A stretch of 64,000 nt of DNA, from IMG/VR virus record IMGVR_UViG_3300008108_000027. One strand, 5' to 3'. Below the pieces are notes generated by a model. That model was not told the DNA's origin and made no database searches. It worked only from the letters and a program-made list of their open reading frames with translations. The position numbers were made by a program, and so were the translations under genes. Positions 19,228-29,756 of this stretch are shown piece after piece (the stretch's first letter is position 1; every line of letters begins with the position of its first letter). This DNA comes from an uncultured virus (IMG/VR IMGVR_UViG_3300008108_000027) (lineage: Duplodnaviria; Heunggongvirae; Uroviricota; Caudoviricetes).

Positions 19228-20463
19228 TTATCTACTTATTTCTTCCCAATCCATTGATGCAAGAATAGCTCCTCCTCCACCTCCTACATTAGAAGCTACT
19301 ACAATAGTAAGTTCAAATGGAGTTCCTGTTAATCCATTTCTTTCAAGTTGTGTTTTAAAGAGTGCTTCTTTAAGAATATCAACTTGAGTTGAACCTTGGT
19401 TTGACACACTAAAAAACCCACTTGCAAGTATTCTTCCTCCTGTAAATGAAGTTCCGTCTATGTTATATTGAACAGAAGAGTTATTAGGAGCATCAACCCA
19501 AGTACCACCTGTTGTAGTTCCAGATGATATTACCTGCCAATTATAATCTCCTGAAATAGTTGCCATTATAGAAATTGCGGTAGATATCACTATAGCATCT
19601 AAACGATTAGGAGATGTTTTAAGACGTATACTTAGTACAGGATAAAACGTTCCTGCAACTGCTAATGTTGTTGGAGTTGTTACAGGAATACCAACAGCTT
19701 GTTGTAACCCATTAAGTTGATATCCTCCTTCAGATAACACTGTAGAACATATTTGCTTTAATGTACTTGCTCCACTTGTAGCAGTTGTATTTGTTATTTC
19801 ATATCTTAATGGTAGTGAAGCTGTTGTAATATATGTAGATGTAATTAAATTAGCATGCTGAAACTTATGACAAACATGAAAGTTACCATCTATTACAAAT
19901 CCTATTCTAACTGTACCCACACCCAACCACTCCAAATCCATAAATAAAATTTGGGCTTTTGTAAAATCAAGTATTATTCCACTTGGCCCTGAGCCATTCA
20001 TAGGGTCAACATTCCAACTTGCCTGAGCAACAGGTGTATCTACTAATGCTCCTGAGACAGAACTTCTTTCAACAAAACTTACTGTACTACCACTCTGTTC
20101 TAAATAATATCCATTTTCTGCTCCATAATAACCCACTCTTTGTCTAAGACCTGTTTTAGCAGCACTCATTACAAATGTAGATAGTACAAGAAGACTTTTA
20201 CCAGGTTGATATGAAAATACCTTTATAGTTTCTCTTGTAACAGAAGAACCTGAATCCGCTGTTACATCTAAGTTAATTAGTCCTTGGTTAGCATCAAATG
20301 TAGCAGTACCACCTGTAGCAGTGGCAGTAGACCATAATCCATTATCATCATACCTATGGCTTGAATCAAATAATGTAAATGGTTCACTAACTCTTAATCT
20401 ACCAAACGAATCTATGTTTGGAGAGTTTGAATATTTTATTTCATTGTTAATTATATATGACAT
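19228..20463 (-). CDS. Putative virion structural protein (beta-rich)
   Basis: DSFGRLRVSEPFTLFD, YQPGKS and WLGVG motifs; follows the fibre gene. Confidence 0.65.
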   Translation of the reverse strand: MSYIINNEIKYSNSPNIDSFGRLRVSEPFTLFDSSHRYDDNGLWSTATATGGTATFDANQGLINLDVTADSGSSVTRETIKVFSYQPGKSLLVLSTFVMSAAKTGLRQRVGYYGAENGYYLEQSGSTVSFVERSSVSGALVDTPVAQASWNVDPMNGSGPSGIILDFTKAQILFMDLEWLGVGTVRIGFVIDGNFHVCHKFQHANLITSTYITTASLPLRYEITNTTATSGASTLKQICSTVLSEGGYQLNGLQQAVGIPVTTPTTLAVAGTFYPVLSIRLKTSPNRLDAIVISTAISIMATISGDYNWQVISSGTTTGGTWVDAPNNSSVQYNIDGTSFTGGRILASGFFSVSNQGSTQVDILKEALFKTQLERNGLTGTPFELTIVVASNVGGGGGAILASMDWEEISR

Positions 20464-20475
20464 ATATTATATTTT

Positions 20476-22650
20476 TTATATTATCCACCAATTATTATCT
20501 CTTGCCATTAAATGAAGGGCGACATATCTTAAATTAATATCAACATAATTATTCCCATCAATTAATCCTGAAGATGGAATTAATCTTATTCTATGTGTTG
20601 CCGCATATCCTCCTTCATCTTTAATTGTAAAATTATAACCATCATAACCACTCGGATTTGGTAATGTTAAATCAACATCTCCATTATAATTAACACCATA
20701 ATAATTGAATGACGTTGTTAATGTTTGTGATGATACGGTTATACCTGTTGTACTATAAGCTAATGCTGATGATAAATTTCTATATCCAATTACACCGTTA
20801 GAATCTGAAGTTAATATTCTTGTGTCCCCCGAACTTATTTGGAGTCCTTGTATTCTAATTGGGTTTGTTGTTGCCGATATTGATAACTTATGTCCACTAT
20901 CAACTGTTGTACCAATTAAAGTATTTCCAGACAAACTATTTAATATGTTATCACCCGTTGTGTTTTGATATGCGATGTGTGTTACGCCCGTCATACCCGA
21001 CAATATTGGGTTATAATATATACCTCTTATTGTTGTAGAAAACGCATTGGTTTTATTAATTACTGGGTCTATTAATAAAGTATTTGCGTCCCATCCATTA
21101 GTGTTAGGATTTGTCCAACCTAAATTTATGTTTACAATAGATGAATTACCCTGATAATAGTCTCTCACTAATCCATATCCACCTCTTCTAACAAAAGTCC
21201 ATTTGTCTTTTGCACCGCCTTGTTCATCTTCAATAAAATATGTTGAATTTCCATTTCCTGGTTTTCTATATATACCAACATTTGCAATTGGTACTGTGGA
21301 TGATGTTGTGTTTATTTCAAAGCCAGATGATACACCACCAATTAATACGTTACCAGTAAAAGTACCATTAGAGTTAACAAATAAATTACCACTTGAACTT
21401 ATATTTGTTTTTAATGTTCGATTTTGTGTTGGTGGATTACAACCAGATCCATCACAAGCGGCAGATGAACCCGTATCGGTAAATGAATTTGTACTTGTGT
21501 TATAAAACCTATTTGTACTATTCCAAGGATTTGATCTATATACTCTATACGAGGATATACCGGCGATTGCCGTCCATGTAAGACTAACAGAATTAGTTAA
21601 TCCAGAAAGTGAAACAGAACTTATTGTACCAGCTGGTGTGGTATAACCAAGATTATCAACACCAACAATGCGATATGTGTATGTTGTACCTGTTGTTTCA
21701 CCTGTAATCGCACCACCCGTTGTTGAATCAGTTAAAATTGGTTGTGATGGTGTGGAAAAAGTTCCAACACCAAAATTATTTTGAATTCTTGTTACACCGT
21801 AACTATCTAATTTAACACCAGAATCAGTTGTCGATCCGACAATTATATTTCCATTATTATTAAAAAGTGCACCAAATGTTGTACTATTATCTACAGGCCC
21901 CCCGACTAACCATTGACCACTTAATTGTCCTGTTGGATAGTTACCTGAGTAGACTCTAAAATTATTTCCGTTCTGTTCGATACGACTCCACCAATTACCA
22001 TTATAACCACCGGAATTTCCCGATGGTCTAAATGTCATTCTTGTTATAAAAGAACCTTCATCAGAAATTTCTACAATACCGTCATTTGAATTTCCATACA
22101 AAAAACCATATCCATAACTAGAACCAATAACAACACCCGCATTTCTTGTTCTTAAATCTATATTTGTAACATTGGAATGTGGTGAATTTGTATACGTTGG
22201 TGATATATCGAGACCAATTAAAGTATTTCCAGATATTGATGCCGTCAATGATGGATTAAATATTGTACCTATTGTTGTTGCGGTGGTTACTGTTACCGAT
22301 GTAATTGAAGGTGAAAAAGTTGTTTGTGGATTAATTGTTAATGTGTACCCACTTGTGGTTGATACCGTTCTGTTTGATTGTAATGTTCCATCAATATTAT
22401 AAAGATTATCTACATTAGTTAAATTAGATCCATCACCATATATCGTGTTCCCACTAATGGTAGTTGCGGTAACACCACTTTGAAATAATACATCACCAGT
22501 AACTGTTCCACCACTTAATGGTAAATAATCTGTAATAACCGCTGTTGTTCCTGTCCATACACCCCAATACTCACCTGACCACTGCCATGTTGTACTAGCG
22601 AAAGTATATAAATCTCCGATAACCGGTGAATTTGGAAAATTAATTGCCAT
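20476..22650 (-). CDS. Tail fibre-like protein with an FN3-like segment
   Basis: MAINFPNSP..G, YLPLSGGT, G/T/S-rich; YRIVGVD...LTWTAIAG.SSYRVYR. Confidence 0.7.
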   Translation of the reverse strand: MAINFPNSPVIGDLYTFASTTWQWSGEYWGVWTGTTAVITDYLPLSGGTVTGDVLFQSGVTATTISGNTIYGDGSNLTNVDNLYNIDGTLQSNRTVSTTSGYTLTINPQTTFSPSITSVTVTTATTIGTIFNPSLTASISGNTLIGLDISPTYTNSPHSNVTNIDLRTRNAGVVIGSSYGYGFLYGNSNDGIVEISDEGSFITRMTFRPSGNSGGYNGNWWSRIEQNGNNFRVYSGNYPTGQLSGQWLVGGPVDNSTTFGALFNNNGNIIVGSTTDSGVKLDSYGVTRIQNNFGVGTFSTPSQPILTDSTTGGAITGETTGTTYTYRIVGVDNLGYTTPAGTISSVSLSGLTNSVSLTWTAIAGISSYRVYRSNPWNSTNRFYNTSTNSFTDTGSSAACDGSGCNPPTQNRTLKTNISSSGNLFVNSNGTFTGNVLIGGVSSGFEINTTSSTVPIANVGIYRKPGNGNSTYFIEDEQGGAKDKWTFVRRGGYGLVRDYYQGNSSIVNINLGWTNPNTNGWDANTLLIDPVINKTNAFSTTIRGIYYNPILSGMTGVTHIAYQNTTGDNILNSLSGNTLIGTTVDSGHKLSISATTNPIRIQGLQISSGDTRILTSDSNGVIGYRNLSSALAYSTTGITVSSQTLTTSFNYYGVNYNGDVDLTLPNPSGYDGYNFTIKDEGGYAATHRIRLIPSSGLIDGNNYVDINLRYVALHLMARDNNWWII

Positions 22651-22684
22651 TTATTATAAATATTTTTTTATTCATTTATCTTTA

Positions 22685-22924
22685 TTAAATTGGTTCTGTT
22701 GGTATCAACCCAGATGAATTTAAATCATCGTACAATTGAATAATTTCATTTTTATTTTGGGTCACCCATTTTCTTCTATCATCACTATAACCAAATTCCA
22801 TGATCTCCGCTTTAAATTCATTGTATTTGATTACAAATAAATCGGCGAAGGAATTGAAACCAATCATATAGTCAACCCCAAATTGAACTAATTTACCATA
22901 TTTAATTGCCAATTCTTCAGTCAT
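22685..22924 (-). CDS. Hypothetical protein (possible fibre chaperone)
   Basis: 79 aa between two fibre genes. Confidence 0.6.
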   Translation of the reverse strand: MTEELAIKYGKLVQFGVDYMIGFNSFADLFVIKYNEFKAEIMEFGYSDDRRKWVTQNKNEIIQLYDDLNSSGLIPTEPI

Positions 22925-22932
22925 AATTTATA

Positions 22933-25900
22933 TTAATTAAATCTTAAATTTGCTCCGATTACACTTGTTGAACCTCCGGCAAATCTTTCCATTATTATTT
23001 CAAATTTTATATAATAAACGGGTTGACCCAAATAATTTTTAGGTACATTAACAACAACATCAGAATATTGAAGTGCATAATTTGTACTTGTTTGTGATAA
23101 GTACGTCGCTGGTGCAATTGTATTATATGGAAACTCACCGGCAGTACTTGCAAGTACCGTTCTAACACCGACATTATTTTGAACACCACCAAATTGTTCA
23201 TGTGTTGTTACTCTAAATGAATAAACATAATCTGTTGCCGTTGTGGTATGTGGTAATTTTAATGCAGTTTCTAAATCAAAAGCAACGAACATACCCCTAT
23301 CAAGTAGTCCAAAATTTTGTACTCCAGTTCCACCAAAAACTTCATAATTAGGTATACCGTTAAAACCTAATTTAAAACTAACTGGAAGTGTTGATGCGAA
23401 TTGAGGTAGTGTACTAGAAGCGAGAACACCATCATTGTTTATTGTAACAACTTTATTGTTTGTATCACCACTTTGTAACCCCTCAATTCTTACTGGATTT
23501 TCTGAACCAACAATATGTAATTTATTTGTTGGTGATCTTGTTCCAATACCAATACCACCTTTACCTTCTGATAGTTGTATACTAATACCTGATGTTGATG
23601 ATCCAAAATTTATGTCACCCTCGTTTAAGGGATTAATATTTAATGGTGAACAAGAATGTATATTTGAAACATATAAATCATTAACACAATCTCCGGATAT
23701 ACCTATTTGATTTACATTAATTGTATTTGCAGTTAAACCACTTAAAACTAAATAATCACCGATTGTGGTAGTACCACCTCCACCACCTCCTATTGTTGCC
23801 GGTTGTACCCATTGTGATGAATTTCCGTCATTTATCCACACATATTCAATACCATTGTTTGTGTTATACCATCTATCACCATTAACTAAAACATAACCCG
23901 TTGGTGTTGATCCCGAAATAAAATATCTCGATGCGTTTACTAATGTGTTTCCAGTGTTACCTGTTATATCTAAATAAATTCTAAATCCACCTCCAGTATT
24001 ATACCCTAAATAAAGTATATTATATCTATTATCAAAACTACCACCAGAAATCCATTTATCATTTGTTAACCCACTATATGGTGAATAATGTAGAACACCG
24101 TTAGAGTCTACCGTAACTATATTGTTGTCATTTGATAATTGTAGACCTTGAATTCTAACAGGATCGGTAGAACCTGTAATATGTAATAAATTTGTTGGGG
24201 ATTCCGTACCAATACCAACATTGGTACCGTCATATGTGAATCCTGTACTGCCCGATAATATACCATTATTATTGTATATTACTTGTTTATTAGAACCGAC
24301 ACCATAAAATGTTTGACCACTTATAGTTGTTGCGGTGATTCCACTTTGGAATAATACGTCGTCAGTAACCGTTCCACCACTTAATGGTAAGTAGTTTCCT
24401 GATATTGTTATATCACTTAAATTTTTATATTTTATAATACCATTATTGTCGGATGTTAATATTCTGGTTTCCGTTGTTCCACTTTGTAATCCAACGAATC
24501 TAACAGGATCGATTGTATCTTCAACATGTAATCTGTTTAAAGGTGTTACGACACCTATACCTATTTTTCCTGTTGTTGTAGGTGAATCACTAGGACTTCC
24601 ACCAGAAGTATCAAAATTAGTATTGATACCAAATAATACACCACCAATATTAATAGAATCCGTGGTTCCATTTGGTAATGTGATAGAATTACCAATAATG
24701 ATATTATTTTTTCCTATTTTACTAAACCCAAATCTAGGTGTTCCTACATTAAAACCTATTAATGTTGAATACGATGCGTTGGTTGAATCTTTACCTGCCA
24801 AATAACCAATAAAATTTGAAAATCTAGCGTAATTAGCATTTGAACCCGCGTTAGTACCTATAAAAGTTGAACCTGACGCATACAATGCACCACTACCCGC
24901 TAAATTACCTATAAAATTTGAATCAAAACCTCTGATTTGTCTATCAAATCCAACAATTGTTTCACCGTTGATATTATATCCCGCATTATACCCTATAAAA
25001 TTTGAAAATCCTGCGTTTTTTGAATTTTGTCCCGCACCAATACCAATAAAATTTGAATTGTTTGAATTTTTTGAATCTGAACCGGCACTTTGTCCAATAA
25101 AATTACTTAGATCACTATCATTAGCCCTAATACCTGATCCATACCCTATAAATGTTGATCTACTTGCACCTGTTGTTTCTCTACCCGCAAAATCACCAAA
25201 CGAAATTTGGTCAAAACTTAAAGACTGGGCATTAGGTCCTAATGCAAATGAACCTTGACCAGTACTACCAGTAATGACATATGGTTTCTCGTATGGATAA
25301 ACTGTAGGTATAACATCACTTTCGGCATACCATTTTGGGATACCTTGTAAATTTCTTCCGTCACCATAAAATGTTTGACCACTTATAGTTGTTGCGGATA
25401 TTGTATTTACCTCTAAGTAATTTAAATTAGTGTTTCCACTAACACTTAAATCACCGTTAATAGTTAATCCTGTTAGTTCATTAATAAGTACACTAAACGT
25501 AGATCCTGAATTATCAAATATTGTAAATTTATTTGAATTGTTATATGTGAATCCAGTCACATATGTGTCACCTGTCACAGAAGATATAATATCCGATAAT
25601 GATCTATATTGAATGGTGTTACCAGTACTTAAACTTAATATTTTTGTGTCAGATGTACTTAAATTAACCGTATCTAATTGAACAGTATTTGAAAATCTAC
25701 TTGTACCATTAACATCAAATTGAAATGTGCCGGGTAAAACATTAACGCCCACTTTACCATTAAATCTCAACAAATCATTTGCGAAATCACCATATATCAA
25801 TGGTGTTGATGAAGTGGTATTTTCAATGTAAAGTAAATTTGATCCCGTTTCGTTTCTACCCGCATTAAGACCAATAAAAACATTATTACTACCAGTTATA

Positions 25901-27141
25901 TTATTAAAACCAGCATTTTTTCCGACAATTGTGTTACCATCTCCAGAAGTCGCATTTTGTCTTGTGTTGGTTCCGATATATACGTTGTTTCTACCTGTAA
26001 GTTGATTCAATGCTGAACCATTTCCTATAAAAACATTGTCATCACCAAACGTCCCTGTTGTTGCACCAGTAAAATTAATTGCAACAGTATCACCAATTAT
26101 ACTATTAAAACTACCTCTAATGAGTTTTGTTAAAGAATTATTACCAAAAACTGTATTTTTAACACCACTAGTGATTCCCGTCATTGAGGTGTTACCAACA
26201 ACTAAGTTAGTTCTAACGTTAGATGTTGAAATTCTACCAGCATTTTTACCGATAAATAAATTTGCAAATTCTAATTCCGCGGGATTAGTTATAGATGATC
26301 TTATTTCAAATAATATATTTCCCGACTCGTCTAATCCATTTAAAAATCTATCATTAATATTAGAAGTTCTTCTTAACGATAACGTATTTCCACTTAAATC
26401 AACAATCCTATTTGACAATAGATAACCATCGACAGTATATATATTATCTATATTTGTTAAGTTAGATCCGTCACCATATAATGTTCCACCACTTATCGTT
26501 GTTGCCGATATTATATTAGAAAATAAAGTATTGAGATTTGTGTCTCCACTAACACTTAAATCACCATTAATGGTCAATCCTGTTAAATCGTTTATTGTAA
26601 TAACAAACGAAGAATTGTTATTATCATTAATTGTAAGTGTATTATTTCCATAGGTGACTCCCGTAACAAAAATATTTGGGTCTATTGGAAGATTTTGATA
26701 AGTAGTCGCACTTATTGTCGTTGCAATAAACCCGCCATTTAATGTGGTGTTACCCGTTATATTTAAATCACCATTAAGATCTAAATCACCATTAATTGTT
26801 AATCCTGTTAGTATGTTAAAAGATGCGGTTAATGTGTATCCCGACCTGTCGACTATTGTAAAAGTATTGTCACTATATGTAAATCCTGTGGTATAACGAT
26901 CAAAATCGTATTCAAAACCACTAACAGTTATCGTGTTACCACTATTGCTAGTTAGTGTTAAGACACCTTGACTAAATGATCCACTATTAAGATACAAATC
27001 ACTTATTGGTGTACCTGACAAATATATATTCTCAGAATATATTGCATCTATAGGTCCATCAATTTTACCTATTTGAACCGTGTACCCCGAAGGTACGGTT
27101 ATGGAGTCAATTTGTGACCAATTTATCTTTTGTAATCCCAT
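22933..27141 (-). CDS. Long tail fibre/adhesin with xNxFIGxxAG beta-roll repeats
   Basis: Repeated N(F/V)(F/Y)IG..AG, VGIGT..P...LH, LTINGDL and GDRWY modules. Confidence 0.75.
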   Translation of the reverse strand: MGLQKINWSQIDSITVPSGYTVQIGKIDGPIDAIYSENIYLSGTPISDLYLNSGSFSQGVLTLTSNSGNTITVSGFEYDFDRYTTGFTYSDNTFTIVDRSGYTLTASFNILTGLTINGDLDLNGDLNITGNTTLNGGFIATTISATTYQNLPIDPNIFVTGVTYGNNTLTINDNNNSSFVITINDLTGLTINGDLSVSGDTNLNTLFSNIISATTISGGTLYGDGSNLTNIDNIYTVDGYLLSNRIVDLSGNTLSLRRTSNINDRFLNGLDESGNILFEIRSSITNPAELEFANLFIGKNAGRISTSNVRTNLVVGNTSMTGITSGVKNTVFGNNSLTKLIRGSFNSIIGDTVAINFTGATTGTFGDDNVFIGNGSALNQLTGRNNVYIGTNTRQNATSGDGNTIVGKNAGFNNITGSNNVFIGLNAGRNETGSNLLYIENTTSSTPLIYGDFANDLLRFNGKVGVNVLPGTFQFDVNGTSRFSNTVQLDTVNLSTSDTKILSLSTGNTIQYRSLSDIISSVTGDTYVTGFTYNNSNKFTIFDNSGSTFSVLINELTGLTINGDLSVSGNTNLNYLEVNTISATTISGQTFYGDGRNLQGIPKWYAESDVIPTVYPYEKPYVITGSTGQGSFALGPNAQSLSFDQISFGDFAGRETTGASRSTFIGYGSGIRANDSDLSNFIGQSAGSDSKNSNNSNFIGIGAGQNSKNAGFSNFIGYNAGYNINGETIVGFDRQIRGFDSNFIGNLAGSGALYASGSTFIGTNAGSNANYARFSNFIGYLAGKDSTNASYSTLIGFNVGTPRFGFSKIGKNNIIIGNSITLPNGTTDSINIGGVLFGINTNFDTSGGSPSDSPTTTGKIGIGVVTPLNRLHVEDTIDPVRFVGLQSGTTETRILTSDNNGIIKYKNLSDITISGNYLPLSGGTVTDDVLFQSGITATTISGQTFYGVGSNKQVIYNNNGILSGSTGFTYDGTNVGIGTESPTNLLHITGSTDPVRIQGLQLSNDNNIVTVDSNGVLHYSPYSGLTNDKWISGGSFDNRYNILYLGYNTGGGFRIYLDITGNTGNTLVNASRYFISGSTPTGYVLVNGDRWYNTNNGIEYVWINDGNSSQWVQPATIGGGGGGTTTIGDYLVLSGLTANTINVNQIGISGDCVNDLYVSNIHSCSPLNINPLNEGDINFGSSTSGISIQLSEGKGGIGIGTRSPTNKLHIVGSENPVRIEGLQSGDTNNKVVTINNDGVLASSTLPQFASTLPVSFKLGFNGIPNYEVFGGTGVQNFGLLDRGMFVAFDLETALKLPHTTTATDYVYSFRVTTHEQFGGVQNNVGVRTVLASTAGEFPYNTIAPATYLSQTSTNYALQYSDVVVNVPKNYLGQPVYYIKFEIIMERFAGGSTSVIGANLRFN

Positions 27142-27190
27142 ATTAAAAGTAAAGTCTTTATATAAATACTTTTATATGGTTTAATTAATA

Positions 27191-27219
27191 AAAAAAGGAG
27201 GTTAAACCTCCTTTTTTTT
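27191..27219. terminator. Bidirectional rho-independent terminator
   Basis: AAAAAAGGAGGT-TAA-ACCTCCTTTTTT, between the redox genes and the fibre genes. Confidence 0.85.
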
Positions 27220-27222
27220 ATT

Positions 27223-27492
27223 TTAGAAATAATTTTTTATTATTTCAACAATTTCATCTTCTGTTTTATAATTTATTGATGGTACATATATATGTCCTGT
27301 TTCAGAATTATCAGGAGACACTAAAATTGTAGGTAAAAAATCATAATTTGTTAGTTTAACAATTTCATCCCAAACTTCTTTATTTTGTGTTACCTCAACC
27401 TCCTTATATGATATATTAATTTCATCAAGTCTTTTTTTAAGACTTGAACAATGGTAGCACCCATCAAGAGTAAAAATAACTATTTTATCCAT
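27223..27492 (-). CDS. Glutaredoxin-like protein
   Basis: FTLDGCYHC (CxxC) and LPTI cis-Pro loop. Confidence 0.85.
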   Translation of the reverse strand: MDKIVIFTLDGCYHCSSLKKRLDEINISYKEVEVTQNKEVWDEIVKLTNYDFLPTILVSPDNSETGHIYVPSINYKTEDEIVEIIKNYF

Positions 27493-27800
27493 TATTTTAT
27501 TTTATCAAGAAATTCTTTATAATATGAATCAGGTCTAGCCCCATTTGATCTATCTATTAGATTTGATCCGTCATATATCATAATCGTAGGTACAGAAGTT
27601 ATTCCTAACTCAACTGTAGAATCTCTATTTTGGTCAACATCAACCTTTAAAAATTTAAACTCGGGATATTGTTTTGATAATTCATCTAATCTAGGTGTTA
27701 ACATCCTGCAAGGTCCACACCAAGAAGCCGAATAACTAACCAATAATTTATTACCTTCTGATTGTAGTTGTTTAACTACGCTTGAACTTACATTTTCCAT
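27492..27800 (-). CDS. trxA: Thioredoxin
   Basis: WCGPC, KVDVD, SVPT. Confidence 0.93.
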   Translation of the reverse strand: MENVSSSVVKQLQSEGNKLLVSYSASWCGPCRMLTPRLDELSKQYPEFKFLKVDVDQNRDSTVELGITSVPTIMIYDGSNLIDRSNGARPDSYYKEFLDKIK

Positions 27801-27802
27801 AA

Positions 27803-28876
27803 TTAATTTCTATTAAATCCTATTTTATTTTCTTTTTGTGTTTTAAAAGTTTCAACATCAATATTATATATATCTGCTAATACCATTCCTTCATTTACTT
27901 CCACATTTTTTCCTAATTTTTTTAATAGTTTATTCGTTTCTTCGGAATTTAGGGACCCAAATTTGTGTTCCGCAATCAATCTACCTTTACGCAAAAGAGC
28001 GGGGTCGATTTTTTCTCTTTTCATATTAAATGTGGCAATTATTTGAATACCTAAACAATCACCCAAAATACCATCTGTTAAATTTAATATGTTCGATACT
28101 CCTGCAGGTGAACCATTACCTTCCCTATCTGAAATTACACGTTCAGCGTCTTCAATTACTAATATTGAGTTTTTATGTTCCATCAAAAATGGAATTATTG
28201 ATGGTTCAGATAGAACTTCCGCCATTGACGGAGGGATAAATAAAATTTCCTTTTCTTTTATTAATTTAGTTAGAAATTTTAAATAAGATGTTTTACCTGT
28301 GCCAGGATCTCCATGTAAAAGGATTATACCTTTATCCATTTCTTTATTTAATCTTTCAACAATTACATCATGTATCTTTGCAAATTTACCACCATAATTT
28401 AATTCGAGATCGATTTCGGTTGTTGGTAAATCATATTCCTCCAAATCCAAATGACCCATCTCACTTTTGATTAAAGAAATATTTTTCTTCTTCTTAATTC
28501 TTTCAAATTCTTTTAATTTATCGAAATTAAGTTGTTGATCTATCTCGCCATTTCTAAAGTCATATAATATTTCTAATTGGTAATATTCGTCAGCATTATT
28601 TGTTTCGTTTATCATTTTTAAAATGATACCGTTTTTTTTGTTGATGAAAATAAACGACATCACCGTTCTATTTGATTTTCCAAATGTTTGATTTCTTGTT
28701 TCAACAAGAAAACCATTTTCGATTAAATAATTTTTAAGTGAAATATCATATACTTTAGAATAGTTAGAGTACTTTGAGGGTATAACGTCAAATAACGTTA
28801 TAAAAACTTGTTCTAATGGGAAATCATTACCATATACAGTATCGTATAAGGGATAATATTTGGATAATTTTGACAT
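27803..28876 (-). CDS. AAA+ ATPase
   Basis: GDPGTGKT Walker A, LVIEDAE Walker B, IDPALLRKGRL. Confidence 0.92.
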   Translation of the reverse strand: MSKLSKYYPLYDTVYGNDFPLEQVFITLFDVIPSKYSNYSKVYDISLKNYLIENGFLVETRNQTFGKSNRTVMSFIFINKKNGIILKMINETNNADEYYQLEILYDFRNGEIDQQLNFDKLKEFERIKKKKNISLIKSEMGHLDLEEYDLPTTEIDLELNYGGKFAKIHDVIVERLNKEMDKGIILLHGDPGTGKTSYLKFLTKLIKEKEILFIPPSMAEVLSEPSIIPFLMEHKNSILVIEDAERVISDREGNGSPAGVSNILNLTDGILGDCLGIQIIATFNMKREKIDPALLRKGRLIAEHKFGSLNSEETNKLLKKLGKNVEVNEGMVLADIYNIDVETFKTQKENKIGFNRN

Positions 28877-28880
28877 ACTA

Positions 28881-28888
28881 CAAATGTA
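28881..28888 (-). promoter_or_regulatory. Bacteroidota-type -7 element
   Basis: TACATTTG 4 nt upstream of the AAA ATPase start. Confidence 0.5.
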
Positions 28889-28912
28889 ATAAAATTAATG
28901 AATAAAAAAAAA

Positions 28913-29212
28913 TTAGTTCAAACATATTTTACCAAAAGTACCGACATCCATAAATAACTTATCTTCTATAGTCTCTTCCTTAAATTCTTTTTTGGTGATA
29001 TCAACTAATTGTAATGTTTTTCTTATTAACTCAAACTGATCTTTTGTTAATATAGGTTCACCATCTTTTTCAAAATTTTTTTGTGATATCTCAGTTAGAT
29101 ATTTAAAAAACATTTCCTCATCTATCTCATTTAAAAAATAGTTTCTCGCATCCAAATCTTTATTTAGATAGTTTCTAACATTTTGAACATATATTAAAAC
29201 TTCAGGTGACAT
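28913..29212 (-). CDS. Hypothetical protein
   Basis: 99 aa, coupled to nusG. Confidence 0.7.
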   Translation of the reverse strand: MSPEVLIYVQNVRNYLNKDLDARNYFLNEIDEEMFFKYLTEISQKNFEKDGEPILTKDQFELIRKTLQLVDITKKEFKEETIEDKLFMDVGTFGKICLN

Positions 29213-29739
29213 TAGTTTTGATTTTTTATTTGATTTACTGATAGTGTTACCGGTGTCGTTCTACCAAAAATCTTAACGTCAACATCTACTTTATCATTTT
29301 CTACCGAAGATACTGTACCGATAAATCCACTGAATGGACCATCACAAATTGTAACACTCGATCCAATATTCACGGACATTTTTTTATTGTTTTTATGTTC
29401 TTCAAGAAGATCATCTTTAATGATTTTTTCAACGTCACTCTTTCTCAATAATAAAGGTTTTTTATCTCCCATCATACCCATTATATTTGGTATTGATGAT
29501 ATTTCTTTTAATTCATCTTCATTCATTTCTTTATTGGCTTCAAAATAAAGATACCCACCATATATCACTTTTTCCCTCAAAACTTTTTTCTCTTTAACCA
29601 TAACAAATTCGGTTTCAGTGGGGCAAATAAATCTTTTAATGTTCTTTATATTACCCAAAGAAATCTGCATGTTATACTGTTCGTTTAATTGTCTCTCTTT
29701 ACCAGGTAAAACTTTAATTACATACCAAAATGTGTTCAT
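29212..29739 (-). CDS. nusG: Transcription termination/antitermination factor NusG
   Basis: WYVIKV..GKE (NGN), GYLY, KOW GPFSGFIGTV, IFGRTTPVTL. Confidence 0.93.
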   Translation of the reverse strand: MNTFWYVIKVLPGKERQLNEQYNMQISLGNIKNIKRFICPTETEFVMVKEKKVLREKVIYGGYLYFEANKEMNEDELKEISSIPNIMGMMGDKKPLLLRKSDVEKIIKDDLLEEHKNNKKMSVNIGSSVTICDGPFSGFIGTVSSVENDKVDVDVKIFGRTTPVTLSVNQIKNQN

Positions 29740-29756
29740 ACTATATAAATATTTAG

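Noticed and set aside
21203..26425. Plus-strand ORFs in the track opposite the fibre genes (and similar ones at 33937, 41437, 50052, 57442)
   Set aside because: They are antisense shadows of long real genes; the Val/Gly repeats mirror the Pro/Thr codons.
20476..27141. Repeats in the fibre genes as a diversity-generating retroelement TR/VR pair
   Set aside because: No reverse transcriptase in the window; the repeats are short, internal and not adenine-specifically variable.
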